64,000 nucleotides of DNA from the NCBI GenBank assembly GCA_043814605.1, contig JBDRJV010000013.1:34471-98470 (forward strand), written 5' to 3'. A program made the position numbers and the translations under genes. The notes beneath the pieces are model-generated. The model searched no databases, was not told the origin of the DNA, and was given only the letters and a program-made list of their open reading frames with translations. Numbering within the stretch: the first letter of the stretch is position 1; each line of letters begins with the position of its first letter. Shown piece after piece: positions 1 to 10,449 of the stretch. This DNA is from Candidatus Omnitrophota bacterium (lineage in GTDB: Bacteria; Omnitrophota; Gorgyraeia; B26-G9).

Positions 1-411
1 TCCGCAAAAAACAGCATGAAAAAGCCACTCCGCGTATAAAGGCAAATGCCCTCCTGATTCTATATTAATTAGTGCCCAGCCATTAAACCCCATAAACCCA
101 TTGCCTGAGCCAAACATTATTGCGTAACCAAAAAGAAAAAAACCTACACTCGCCATACAGAAATCTAAAAAATTGTTCATAAGCACATTGCAGGTATTTT
201 TTGTACGGATTAGGCCTGCTTCAAGCATGCCAAAACCTGCCTGCATAATGAAAACCATAAATGCGGCAATCATAACCCATAAAGTATCAATCCCTGCATT
301 AGTCGCATAATTTGTTTCTTCTGCAGCATAAGCAACAATCGGTAAAAACACAATTATTACCAAAACAAAAATAATTACCCTTATAAAATACTCAAATATT
401 TTCTTACGCAT
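1..411 (-). CDS. amtB: Ammonium transporter (Amt family), 5' part; runs off the window edge
   Basis: Hand translation from ATG at 411: MRKKIFEY...IDTLWVMIAAFMVFIMQAGFGMLEAGLIRTKNTCNVLMNNFLDF...FLFGYAIMFG...EWLFHAVFCG, the Amt N-terminal signature; AAGGAG RBS upstream; not in ORF track. Confidence 0.95.
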   Translation of the reverse strand, partial: MRKKIFEYFIRVIIFVLVIIVFLPIVAYAAEETNYATNAGIDTLWVMIAAFMVFIMQAGFGMLEAGLIRTKNTCNVLMNNFLDFCMASVGFFLFGYAIMFGSGNGFMGFNGWALINIESGGHLPLYAEWLFHAVFCG

Positions 412-440
412 TTTTACACTCCTTTTTTATTCATTAAAAA

Positions 441-541
441 TAAAAAACGCCTTGAACTATTGTCTTTCATAGATTCAAGACGCCAATGTCTAAAAACTTA
501 TGACTTTAAAACAGTTTTAAATCATACACTTCAATGTGTAT
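441..541 (-). promoter_or_regulatory. ANTAR-type dual-hairpin antiterminator leader upstream of amtB
   Basis: Minus strand: AUACAC-AUUGAA-GUGUAU (524-541) and AGAC-AUUGGC-GUCU (478-491), hexaloops with A1/G4; second hairpin overlaps terminator GCGUCUUGAA...UUCAAGGCGUUUUUU. Confidence 0.75.
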
Positions 542-568
542 CTCCTCACTCTCTTAAAGTAAAAATCA

Positions 569-1081
569 CTACTTTTTGGTAACCTTTTTTTTCCATTTTT
601 TTATTATATTTTTTTTGTATTTTAAAACCATCACATGCGAAATGCCTATTTCTTTGGCAATTTCACGCACGGTTTTTCCCTCAAGCAAGAAAGAAAGCAC
701 TCTTTTTTCTTTAGGGGTAAGGGTTAAATTTTTTATTTCATTAATAGTAATTTTATTAGCTATATCAGAATTAAAATTAACCTTTTCATCTTCCAGAATT
801 TCACCCAGCGTTAACCCTTGAGATGCGATTATCTCATCTAAACTGGAAATAAATCTCTTAGGCCGGCCTTTTCTTAAAAAATTTTGCAGATGAAATTCGC
901 AGGCTTTAACCACATATGCTTCATTTTTGCCTATAGGCAGGCCCGAGGCATAATTCTGCCAAAGAAAAAGACACATTTCCTGAAAAAGGTCTTCTTCGCT
1001 GTAAAAACCTTGCAATACATACTTTCGGGAAATGTATTTAAGCCGGAACGTTATTCTTTCTAATAATATTTTAAAATCCAT
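569..1081 (-). CDS. Sigma-70 ECF-like factor with C-terminal LuxR-type HTH
   Basis: EEDLFQEMCLFLW region-2-like segment and LTPKEKRVL...GKTVREIAKEIGIS HTH; start placed at MDFK (ORF track extends to 1144). Confidence 0.75.
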   Translation of the reverse strand: MDFKILLERITFRLKYISRKYVLQGFYSEEDLFQEMCLFLWQNYASGLPIGKNEAYVVKACEFHLQNFLRKGRPKRFISSLDEIIASQGLTLGEILEDEKVNFNSDIANKITINEIKNLTLTPKEKRVLSFLLEGKTVREIAKEIGISHVMVLKYKKNIIKKWKKKVTKK

Positions 1082-1484
1082 ATTAACCTGCCATTTTAAA
1101 AATAAAAAAGGGTACTTGCTGCCATTTGCTTTGACAGAAAACACCCTGCTTTGGATTTTTTCTTAAAAAGTTCTTTCTTTTTAAGCTATTTAAAAATAAA
1201 AAAAGCGTTCTTGCGAACGCCGCTTTGTTCATAATAAAAACACTAACATTGTGTTTTGCCCCTCAACTTGAGTATACCACAAAACCATTAAATCAACAAA
1301 TTTTTAAGTTTTTTAGTTACTCACAGTTTTTTATTTAGATATTCTAAATTAAATTGAATGATAAATTATGGTTTCTGCTGTTTGTGTTAAGTTGCGGGCA
1401 CAAATCATTATAAAAATTAAAAATTTTTCTGTGATTTTTTCTTCACATCTAGCCTCTTTGTTAAAAAATTACAGAAATTACCGG

Positions 1485-3254
1485 TTATATCGCCTGTTCT
1501 AAAAACAAGGACATCTTCTCCCTTTTTGTTTCTAATAATGAAGTTACATCTTTAATATTTTTTCTTCTCTGTGCTCTTATTTGTTCAGCATTAGCAATAA
1601 ATCCCTCTGCAACCCAATGGTGCAATTTTAAATTACGTAGTTTTGTTATGTATTCTAATGAATAAAAAGACAACATAAATTCCTCTGCCAATTTTTGAAG
1701 CTCACTTGAATCTAAATTATGTGTCTTAATGGGAGGAGCGCTATGCGGGTCATAATTAATCCAATCTTGATTTTGTATTAAACCTGCTTGTTGCATCTGA
1801 GCTGTTAATCTGGTTCCAGGATAAGGAGTTAAGGTAGTTAAATGTAAGATTATCGGCGCGATACTTTTAAGTGAATTAGCATAATCAATACTTTTTTGAA
1901 TAGTCTTTGCATCATCCCCAGGAGCGCCAATCATAAATGCCGCGATAACTGTAATATTTTCTTTATTCAAAAGCTCTACAGCCCTATTAACATTTTCTAA
2001 AACAATATTTTTATCTAAAGACTGAAGTATCCTTTCATCGCCTGATTCAATGCCCATAAATACCGCTCTTATTCCCATTCGCTTTAAATCTTTTACAATA
2101 TTAGGATTCTTGGCGATTATATCTGCCCGAGAATAAATTTCTAATTCTATATCCAACTTCTGTGCTTCGATAATATCTGCAGTTTGAGATACCCATTTTG
2201 CATTACTTGTAAAGTTATCATCTACAACATAAAAATAATTGTATCCACTTTTTTTATTTAAAGCACTCAGCAATTCCGCAAACTGCTCTGGTTTACGTGC
2301 TTTAATTACACGAGAAAAGATTTTTCTTGTTATGCAAAAACTGCATTTACCCGGGCACCCGCGGCTTGCTTCCACGGATATTGCTTTCTTTCCCCTTAAT
2401 CGATATTCTACTGATGATAATAAATCATAAGCTGGTAACGGAAGTCTGGTAAAATCTTCTCTGTCTGCTTCCAGAGTTTTTATAATCTCTATATCTTCTC
2501 CCGTTTGCAATGATTTATTAAAACTTAATCCCGGGATATTTTTTAAATTATTCGCAAATTTATTTCTATTTTTGTGAACATACGCTAAAAGTTTCACGAT
2601 ATTGCACATTGTCCTCTCGCCTTCTCCGTACACAGCAATATCCGCACTCCCTGATTTTAATGCATTTTCAGGCAATACAGTCGCATGTGCTCCGCCCCAA
2701 ACTACAATAGTATCCTTTAATATTTTTTTGATATCATTAGATATTGCAGATGCTATTTTAAAAGATGGGGTAAGAACACTTAATCCTAAAATATCCGGCT
2801 TAAAGTTTTTTATTTTATTTATAACCTCGCTTTTTTTATTTAAATCTGACATGTCTATTACCTGAATTTGCAAATCAATCTTATGCTGCTTTGCCCATTG
2901 CCTAAGTGCACCGGCAATTGAAACTATGCCCAGCGGCAAAAATTTATCTTTATGGTGATGGGTTCCTGCGCCTGCTGTTACAATATCGCTGCGTGGATAC
3001 ACGAGTGATACTTTAATTGTTCCTTTAAAATCTGTAACGCTGATTTCTTTGATATAATTTCTATGCTGATTTTTAAATCCAGAGTTTTTACCAATAATAC
3101 GTTGTAAATTATTTATGTTAAGTTGCGGCGCAAGATATTCTTCCCCCCTGTTTCTTCCCGGAGAAAAATTTTGTGCAAATAAACAATTAGTTAATATAAA
3201 TATTTGCAACATGATAAAAATTGCTGTTTTTTTATATTTAATTTTTTTATACAT
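1485..3254 (-). CDS. B12-binding radical SAM protein with signal-like leader and EQAI C-terminus
   Basis: PLGIVSIAG and VVWGGAHAT (B12-binding domain), SRGCPGKCSFC (CxxxCxxC), VDDNF, GIESG. Confidence 0.9.
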   Translation of the reverse strand: MYKKIKYKKTAIFIMLQIFILTNCLFAQNFSPGRNRGEEYLAPQLNINNLQRIIGKNSGFKNQHRNYIKEISVTDFKGTIKVSLVYPRSDIVTAGAGTHHHKDKFLPLGIVSIAGALRQWAKQHKIDLQIQVIDMSDLNKKSEVINKIKNFKPDILGLSVLTPSFKIASAISNDIKKILKDTIVVWGGAHATVLPENALKSGSADIAVYGEGERTMCNIVKLLAYVHKNRNKFANNLKNIPGLSFNKSLQTGEDIEIIKTLEADREDFTRLPLPAYDLLSSVEYRLRGKKAISVEASRGCPGKCSFCITRKIFSRVIKARKPEQFAELLSALNKKSGYNYFYVVDDNFTSNAKWVSQTADIIEAQKLDIELEIYSRADIIAKNPNIVKDLKRMGIRAVFMGIESGDERILQSLDKNIVLENVNRAVELLNKENITVIAAFMIGAPGDDAKTIQKSIDYANSLKSIAPIILHLTTLTPYPGTRLTAQMQQAGLIQNQDWINYDPHSAPPIKTHNLDSSELQKLAEEFMLSFYSLEYITKLRNLKLHHWVAEGFIANAEQIRAQRRKNIKDVTSLLETKREKMSLFLEQAI

Positions 3255-4579
3255 AATTTTTTTTTAATAAATTTTTAAATAGAGCTTGCAATAAATTTAA
3301 AATAATCGACTATATTTTCAGCCAATATTACCGATCCAGAACCAACAGGTTCTTTTAATAATATTTCTCCTTCAAAATTATTAAATATGGAGTCTTTTTT
3401 CGGATTAAGTTGCTTACGTTTATAAATTTTAACCTTACGGCCAATAAGATATTCCGAATAATCAACAATAATATCAGATTTATGTATTTGTGATTCTAAA
3501 ACTAACGGACCTTCTTCTAATTCCGCTAAAGCAAAAACTTCTAGGTTTTCTCTTGGCGTATATCCACGGGTTTGCCGATCGCGTTCTTCCTTTTTAAATA
3601 AACGCGAAAAAGCATCATCAATCACACTAATTTTTAACGCCGCTAATTTTTCCAGTTCTGGCCAAAACCAGGCGTATGCTCCTTCAAGCACAAATGCATC
3701 ATATGCGGCGGCATTAATTGCCAGGGTAAAACTAATTTCTTGTGAAATCTTATCAATTTTTTGCAATCTAACTGGTTCTCCAGCTAATAATTTTTGTACT
3801 TGTTCTAACAAAAATTCTTTATTTAAAGCATCTGCACCTTTGAGGTTTTTCTTCCTACGCATTTGCCTTGAGTGTTTATAATCATCTGTTTCTAGTTTTT
3901 TCCAAAATTTTTGTCTTGTTCTCAATGCTTCTGTAATCAATGCTTTTGTAATCCCGGTTTTTCCGGCAGCTACAATTCCGCAAATCGTAATTAACTTTTT
4001 TATATTATCAGGTTGATCTAATTCATAATACATTTCAATAATCAGCCGTGCAATTTGAGAAGTCACTTGCTTTAGTTCATGATAATAAAATTCAACGCGA
4101 GTCATATTATATAATTCTATCCCCGCTTCTTGCTTAAATATATCTTGCGGCACATCTATTTCTTTGATTAATTTAAATTTATCTTTATTCCACTCTGGCA
4201 CATACATTGGCACCCAAATCCCAGGATAAGATCGACTAATTGACATTTCTGAAATATCTGGAATAAACATAAATCCTTTATCAATCTCTGATAAATTCAC
4301 TTTTCCCTGCTTAAGTGCGAGATTAATTTTATCTGTCATGATATGAAAAATATTTTCTTGAATATTTTTAGCTGAGAGTAAAAGCTGGCGATAATCTTCC
4401 TTGATGCTAGCAACAGCTGCATTAGCAGTATATTGTTTTTCTAAAATTGCACTAATGCGGTCAATCTCAAAATATGCCCGCACATTGTTATTTAGCAGTA
4501 TTATCTGCGGCGCAAGATATTCTTCCCCCCTGTTTCTTCCCGGAGAAAAATTTTGTGCAAATAAACAATTAGTTAATAT
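3124..4579. repeat. Identical 74-bp direct repeat (3124-3197 and 4506-4579) encoding ILTNCLFAQNFSPGRNRGEEYLAP
   Basis: Base-by-base match between the 5' ends of two otherwise unrelated ORFs. Confidence 0.95.
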
Positions 4580-4639
4580 CAGTATCTGCAAAATAACAAT
4601 AAATAATATTTTTTTTATATAGATTATTTTCATAAACAA
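3275..4639 (-). CDS. Uridine kinase/PRK-like P-loop protein with signal-like leader
   Basis: ITICGIVAAGKT Walker A, ETDDY, VLEG, ERDRQTRG as in the UK/PRK family; leader shared with the adjacent gene. Confidence 0.7.
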   Translation of the reverse strand: MFMKIIYIKKILFIVILQILILTNCLFAQNFSPGRNRGEEYLAPQIILLNNNVRAYFEIDRISAILEKQYTANAAVASIKEDYRQLLLSAKNIQENIFHIMTDKINLALKQGKVNLSEIDKGFMFIPDISEMSISRSYPGIWVPMYVPEWNKDKFKLIKEIDVPQDIFKQEAGIELYNMTRVEFYYHELKQVTSQIARLIIEMYYELDQPDNIKKLITICGIVAAGKTGITKALITEALRTRQKFWKKLETDDYKHSRQMRRKKNLKGADALNKEFLLEQVQKLLAGEPVRLQKIDKISQEISFTLAINAAAYDAFVLEGAYAWFWPELEKLAALKISVIDDAFSRLFKKEERDRQTRGYTPRENLEVFALAELEEGPLVLESQIHKSDIIVDYSEYLIGRKVKIYKRKQLNPKKDSIFNNFEGEILLKEPVGSGSVILAENIVDYFKFIASSI

Positions 4640-4939
4640 TTACCAAAATAATAATTTTATAATCCCTAGTTAAAAAGTATTAAAGTTTACCATATTTTTA
4701 CTAATAATGCAAAAAAATACTTAAGTTAATATTTTTCTTAATTCATTTAATTACAATAGATTATAAATCAGCTGTAACTTTTTATCTCTTGTTTCTAAAT
4801 AAAAATAACTCTTTTTGTTTCAAAGACTTAAGTAGATTTTCTTGACTTTATGCCTACAAAAGATTTAAAATCAAATCGTAGCCGCGAACTTACCTCGTAA
4901 GTTAAGAAAATTAAAATAAATTCGCAGGTTAAAAAAAAG

Positions 4940-5893
4940 GTGACTCTAATGAAAACAGCATACTGTGAAATCGGTGCTTTTGTTGGTAATCCTAATCATC
5001 GTCCGCCGAATGCAAAGGAAATCCGTGAATATGAACAGTTAATCGCCAGGCATATTCATTCAGTTTTATTTTTTTGGGCCTGGGGTGAGGGGGCTTTTCC
5101 CAAAACTGCTTTAAAGGATATCCGTTACCACGACGGATATGATACAGGGATAAATTTACATGTTACTTGGGAACCCTGGAAACGTAAAGGGTTTAATGAT
5201 AATTCCTACAGCCTTAATAGCATTATTAAGTGTGAACATGACCTATATATTTCAAAGTTTGCTCGTGATTGCCGTGACTGGAGTGATGTTATCCGCCTGC
5301 GCTTTGCGCATGAAATGATCCATTTTAATAATCCATCAACCCAAGGCTGGTACCCCTGGCAAGATAAACCGGAGGAATATGTAAGAGCCTGGAAACATAT
5401 ATACGGTATATTTAAAAATGAAAAAGCAGATAATGTGGAATTTGTCTGGGCACCATTAAATTACCCTGACTGGTTCGATGTCTTAGAGCAATATTATCCG
5501 GGAAAAGAATATGTAGACTGGCTGGGTATTGACGGTTACAACTGGGGCGAAGACGGTAAGCCGGCCTGGCCTTATGATCAAAATTTTAGCGATTTATTTT
5601 ATCCTATGTACCATGCTTTTATTGATCATCCAGAAATTTTCGGACAGAAAAAGATAATGATATCTGAAACAGCCAGCCCTAAAGATAATCAATTTGGGGG
5701 AAATAAATCCACCTGGATTGAGGATATGTTCAAGCGCCTTAAAAACGAATATTCAAAAATTGAAGCATTTTACTGGTTTAATGCAAAAAAGGAAAAAGAT
5801 TGGCGGGTAAACTCATCTCCCCTAAGCCTGGCTGCTTTTAAAAACAGCATCCAAGACCCTTATTTTACTTCTCATATTATTCGCAATCTTTAA
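4940..5893 (+). CDS. Glycoside hydrolase family 26
   Basis: TWEPW, LRFAHEM, FVWAP, YYPGKEYVDWLGIDGYNWG, MISET motifs. Confidence 0.9.
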   Translation: MTLMKTAYCEIGAFVGNPNHRPPNAKEIREYEQLIARHIHSVLFFWAWGEGAFPKTALKDIRYHDGYDTGINLHVTWEPWKRKGFNDNSYSLNSIIKCEHDLYISKFARDCRDWSDVIRLRFAHEMIHFNNPSTQGWYPWQDKPEEYVRAWKHIYGIFKNEKADNVEFVWAPLNYPDWFDVLEQYYPGKEYVDWLGIDGYNWGEDGKPAWPYDQNFSDLFYPMYHAFIDHPEIFGQKKIMISETASPKDNQFGGNKSTWIEDMFKRLKNEYSKIEAFYWFNAKKEKDWRVNSSPLSLAAFKNSIQDPYFTSHIIRNL

Positions 5894-5960
5894 ATCAGGA
5901 ATCACTGTTTAATTAAAAAGTTTCTCTCTTTGCTTTTAATAAATATTGTTGAAATACTTA

Positions 5961-6671
5961 CTACTGTAAATCCATAATATACTTATTCATCACCCAAAAA
6001 ACACAAAACCCGCCGAGCATCACAAAAACATGCCAGGTTTCATGCGGGCCAAAACCAAAGCCTAAATATAAATTTTTTATACCAAGAATAATCGCCCCTA
6101 AAGTATAAAACAATCCTCCGGCAACCAGCCATCGTATTCCCGGTTTTGGCAATGCTCTGACTAAAGGCCCCCAGGCAATAGTTACCAGCCAACCCATAAT
6201 AATAAAAAAACTGAAAAATATAACGGTTACGGTTTGCGGCGGATGTGATAAAGTCAGTTTCAAACTCATCCCTGCAATTGCCAAAGCCCAATTAACCCCT
6301 AATAAACTCCACCCCCATTTGCCGCGCAGAACGATCAGACAAATTGGCGTATACGTACCCGCGATTAAAAAATAAATCATCGCATGTTCAACCTGGCGTA
6401 ATATTTCAACCGTAGCCAAAGAAACATTCAATGAATGATATATTGCACTCATTGTATATAAAGCAATCTGGCTAACTCCATAAATAATAAATGAGACAAC
6501 ATGCCGTACTTTTCTTTTGGAAACAGCACGCCAGACTAACAGCGCCAAAACCACGATTGATAATGCCGCACCAATAATATGCGTAATGCCATTAACAGGT
6601 TCTCTAAAATTATTTATCCATTCAAACATATTAATAATTATTTGATAAAAAAATGGCCGCAGTAATTTCAA
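5961..6671 (-). CDS. Hemolysin III / PAQR (TrhA) family membrane protein
   Basis: EPVNGITH, SAIYH, EHAMIYFLIAGTYTP, HETWHVFV. Confidence 0.93.
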   Translation of the reverse strand: MKLLRPFFYQIIINMFEWINNFREPVNGITHIIGAALSIVVLALLVWRAVSKRKVRHVVSFIIYGVSQIALYTMSAIYHSLNVSLATVEILRQVEHAMIYFLIAGTYTPICLIVLRGKWGWSLLGVNWALAIAGMSLKLTLSHPPQTVTVIFFSFFIIMGWLVTIAWGPLVRALPKPGIRWLVAGGLFYTLGAIILGIKNLYLGFGFGPHETWHVFVMLGGFCVFWVMNKYIMDLQ

Positions 6672-6679
6672 TTACTATT

Positions 6680-7438
6680 TTACGTTTCGATAGATGAGAC
6701 ATTACCTTTAGAGTTTTTCTCTTCGTACATTAACTTATCAGCTTTATCAAGTAATTCTTCAATCGTCTGCGGTTTTTCCGGGTGATAATACATCATGCCC
6801 AGGCTCACAGTAAGCTTATATTTAAAATTAGAATTCCGCATGGCTAATTTAAGATTTTCCTTTACACGCTTACGCAGAATATCTAAACTTTCTGCTTTTA
6901 ACTCTAAGGCTAATATTGCAAACTCATCACCTCCGATTCGCCCAATCACATCTGAGCCGCGGAATGTTTTATGCAGTACTTTGGCTATACACATAAGCGC
7001 TGTATCTCCCTGCTTATGCCCCAATTTATCATTAATATGTTTTAACCCATCTAAGTCTGCATAAATAAGTACCAACCCTCTTTGCATGCGATTGGATAAT
7101 TTTAAAAGATGGTTTGCATATAACAAAAATCCTCTTCGGTTATATAATTTGGTAAGTTCGTCAATAAGCGAAAGTTCTCGTTGGATAACTTCTGCTTTCT
7201 TTAACTTGTCAAACTGTATAGATAATGGTTTATAGAGCAATTGATAGAGCACCGGCGACAATATGATAACCAGCATAATTGACTCTATAAGTATTATATT
7301 GGGAGATTTAGGGATAGGCAGAAGCAAGAATAAATGCCCGATTATTAAATCACATATTAATATCGCAAATATTAATATGAGGAGTAATTTAAGTGGTGAA
7401 TGTTTTCTTTCAAAATCATCCGGCTTTAGTATTTTCAT
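6680..7438 (-). CDS. Membrane-anchored diguanylate cyclase
   Basis: Two N-terminal TM segments, DELTKLYNRR, RGSD I-site, GGDEF. Confidence 0.93.
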   Translation of the reverse strand: MKILKPDDFERKHSPLKLLLILIFAILICDLIIGHLFLLLPIPKSPNIILIESIMLVIILSPVLYQLLYKPLSIQFDKLKKAEVIQRELSLIDELTKLYNRRGFLLYANHLLKLSNRMQRGLVLIYADLDGLKHINDKLGHKQGDTALMCIAKVLHKTFRGSDVIGRIGGDEFAILALELKAESLDILRKRVKENLKLAMRNSNFKYKLTVSLGMMYYHPEKPQTIEELLDKADKLMYEEKNSKGNVSSIET

Positions 7439-7564
7439 TATGTTTACATTATACTATTTTTCTTTAAAAACAGTATCCCAGACATTTGTTTTACTTCTCA
7501 TGTTATACTGAAACCGTGAATAAAGTAAAATTCTGTTATTTAAAATTTTAGTTTGTATAGATTC

Positions 7565-8512
7565 TCAAAATCTATAATCTATCCCAAAACTAAAGGAAAG
7601 CTCATCGATAAAACGATACTGGAAATTAAAAGCTGTATAGTTTTTACCCGCATCATTAGTAATAAAAGCTAATCCCGCAACTCCACCGATATTATTCTCT
7701 GCCCTCATTGAACCAAAATCATAATCAATAATCCAGTCTACTGCAAAATAAGGCCATTCCATGCTATTAAATGATGTTCCTTTAGCCGAAGCTTTTACAT
7801 CAGAATATACTGCCCCAGAGAACAGAACTAGCTTTTCTGATTTATTGCTAAACACAAACTCCTTGCTTAAAGCCAAGGCTGTTTGCCACTCTTTATATTC
7901 AGCCTGCGAATTCCACATGGTACTCGTAAGTGTGCCTCCTGAATATAGAGGCGGGTTATTCTCTAAACTTGTTAATTCAAATTTACCAGTGCTGCGAAAA
8001 CGTGTATCGCTAAATATCCGGAATCCGTTTCCCCAGGAAAACGTATTCAGAGTTATGCCTGCACCGTACAAAAAATCCGGTTTGCCTTCAACCGTTGTTT
8101 TTAAGCCAGGTTCAGTTACCTTAAATTTCATATTGTCTGCAATGCCAATTTCTGTGTAAATATCTACATATTCTGCCCAGGAAACAAGCAGCTCAATTGT
8201 ATAAAACTGACTTTCTATTTCCCGTATCAGGCTGTCTCCTTTAACCGCTGTTCCCCGTTCTTCAAGAAAACTAAAAAGAATTTTACTCCCTCCATAAATA
8301 TCCGCAGATTTCTTTGCCTGCGGCCCCCGCAACTGGAAAAATAATTCATATTTTGATGGCTTTTTCTTTTCAGGATTTTCTTTCATAACTGCCGTAGGCA
8401 GGTTTATCGGTGCAGCAACTACTGAATTATTAATTAAGAAACAGCTAGATACAGAGAAAATAATTATTACCGGAAGAATTTTTCTTTTTCTTGTAAAATT
8501 TTTTATGAGCAT
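7565..8512 (-). CDS. Outer-membrane beta-barrel protein, chlamydial MOMP-like
   Basis: Signal peptide, alternating beta strands, YKEWQTALALS segment, terminal GIDYRF. Confidence 0.6.
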   Translation of the reverse strand: MLIKNFTRKRKILPVIIIFSVSSCFLINNSVVAAPINLPTAVMKENPEKKKPSKYELFFQLRGPQAKKSADIYGGSKILFSFLEERGTAVKGDSLIREIESQFYTIELLVSWAEYVDIYTEIGIADNMKFKVTEPGLKTTVEGKPDFLYGAGITLNTFSWGNGFRIFSDTRFRSTGKFELTSLENNPPLYSGGTLTSTMWNSQAEYKEWQTALALSKEFVFSNKSEKLVLFSGAVYSDVKASAKGTSFNSMEWPYFAVDWIIDYDFGSMRAENNIGGVAGLAFITNDAGKNYTAFNFQYRFIDELSFSFGIDYRF

Positions 8513-8691
8513 GCGATATATTCCATATGCTAATCATAATACTACTGATATTCCCTGTCAGCAAGCAAAAAAACACTTCTCGGAATTGTTCGCCTAAAAA
8601 TAGAAAAATTAGTGGCCGCTATGGTTGATGCAAGCATTATTTATAGTGATTTCTTCTAACTTTCCTTCTTTTAATTAATAAAATACTCATG

Positions 8692-9405
8692 TTATAGTGT
8701 TATTAAATCTCTTACTTTAATATTAATAAATTTATCTTTATAAATTTTTCTAAAAATTTTTTCTGCATGTCTTCCAGAACAATGCGTGGGGCCAACTTTT
8801 TGAACCCCCAGCTCTTTAAACTTGTCCGCAACTGTCTTGATTTCATTTAACGAACTATGCATCAAATGAAAACCGCCTAAAACGGCATAGATTTGTTTGT
8901 TAGGAAATTTTTCTTTTGCATATTCTACAATTTTCATAATTCCCGGATGCGCACATCCAGTGATAATACTTAATCCTTTATTTGTATCAACCATCAAAGC
9001 TTGTTCATAAATTTCTTTATCTTTATAATAACTTTTTATTTCTCCAGTTACATAAATATTTTCAGAGATTTTTTTAAAATCATAACTTTCAATTAAATTA
9101 CCTCTTCGCGCGTTTACATTAGTTTTAAATTGATTACTAAATCCAGGGCAGCTATACACATTTATTCCTGTTTCTTGTGCGAGGATTTCCCATAACCCCC
9201 CGGTATGGTCCCAATGGTCATGCGAAATTACAATGTGTTTTATATTTTTAATATCTATATCCATTTTACGCATATTTGAAAATAATATTTCTGCTTTAGA
9301 AAAAGTATCAAATAATATATTTTCACCGATTAAAAATGCCAGGCCCCAGTTTTTTCTAAATCTTTGCCATGGGGTTGAGCCTTTGGCAATTATTGTTATA
9401 TCCAT
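8692..9405 (-). CDS. MBL-fold metallo-hydrolase (COG1237-like)
   Basis: SHDHWDHTGG, TGCAHPG, GGFHL, PTHCSG. Confidence 0.9.
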   Translation of the reverse strand: MDITIIAKGSTPWQRFRKNWGLAFLIGENILFDTFSKAEILFSNMRKMDIDIKNIKHIVISHDHWDHTGGLWEILAQETGINVYSCPGFSNQFKTNVNARRGNLIESYDFKKISENIYVTGEIKSYYKDKEIYEQALMVDTNKGLSIITGCAHPGIMKIVEYAKEKFPNKQIYAVLGGFHLMHSSLNEIKTVADKFKELGVQKVGPTHCSGRHAEKIFRKIYKDKFINIKVRDLITL

Positions 9406-9408
9406 TAC

Positions 9409-9792
9409 TTAATCCTTTAATAAATAATTCGCAATTGCTCGATAGAGAGTACTCACAGCTAAAATAAAACAATGCTGATGGTTTTCCGGTAAATCCTTTA
9501 TCATCATTTTTACTTGTTGTGGCGAAATGCTTAATGCCTGATCAACAGTTTTTTTATGCGCTAACCGGGCGGTAGTTTCTGCACAAATAATTGTGGCCAT
9601 ACACCCAAGTTCAGTATAAAATTTTATATCCTCAATAATACCATTCTTAATACATAAATAAAATTCAAGCTCATCTCCGCAAGGGCCTTTTATTATTGCC
9701 GCAGCATCCGGAGCATTCATCCGTCCTGAATATTTTGTATTTTTTGCTATTGCCATTATTGAAGGTGAGTAAATTTGTTGATCTTTTTTCAT
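9409..9792 (-). CDS. IscU/NifU-like Fe-S scaffold
   Basis: GPCGD, GCMAT, HQHC motifs. Confidence 0.85.
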   Translation of the reverse strand: MKKDQQIYSPSIMAIAKNTKYSGRMNAPDAAAIIKGPCGDELEFYLCIKNGIIEDIKFYTELGCMATIICAETTARLAHKKTVDQALSISPQQVKMMIKDLPENHQHCFILAVSTLYRAIANYLLKD

Positions 9793-9827
9793 TAATTTAT
9801 AATACCTTTATTTTATAAAAAAATTAA

Positions 9828-10445
9828 CTATTTTCTTGCCTGAATAACAATAAATCCCCCCTTACCAAATCCCTTGAGTGGTTTTTGCACTTTGGCTACT
9901 TTTACTGGTAAATCAAATATTGTTTGATAATAATTAAAATTACTAAATCCGTAGTTTTGTAATATTTGTTCTATTCCTGGAATATTAAAAAATTTTGCAT
10001 GTTTATAAAATAGGCTTTGTTTGCCTTGATAAAATTTTCCTAAAAAACTATCTTTATCAATAATACCAACAATAATTTGGCCTTTATTTTTTAATATCCG
10101 GTATACTTCTTCTAATACCCTGCCAGGATTCTGCATAAAACAAAGACTAATAATAATTATCGCATAATCAAAAGTTTTATTTTTAAACGGTAGGCTTTCT
10201 GCTTTAGCTACAGATACCCTTACCCCTTTTTGTGCAGCTTTTTTAAGCATTTTAACTGAAAGATCAATCCCTGTTTTTACATTTAAAGCTGCCGCAAATC
10301 TGCCTGTACCTACACCGATTTCTAATCCCTTGCCCTTTTTGGGCAAAACTCTCATGAGGGCTTCCAATTCAGACAGATAGGCAAATTTATTTCTATCATA
10401 CCAAGAATCATATTTTTTATAATGAGTGTCAAAAATATTTTGCAT
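9828..10445 (-). CDS. Class I SAM-dependent methyltransferase
   Basis: LEIGVGTGRF, AESLPF..FD. Confidence 0.9.
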   Translation of the reverse strand: MQNIFDTHYKKYDSWYDRNKFAYLSELEALMRVLPKKGKGLEIGVGTGRFAAALNVKTGIDLSVKMLKKAAQKGVRVSVAKAESLPFKNKTFDYAIIIISLCFMQNPGRVLEEVYRILKNKGQIIVGIIDKDSFLGKFYQGKQSLFYKHAKFFNIPGIEQILQNYGFSNFNYYQTIFDLPVKVAKVQKPLKGFGKGGFIVIQARK

Positions 10446-10449
10446 GTTT

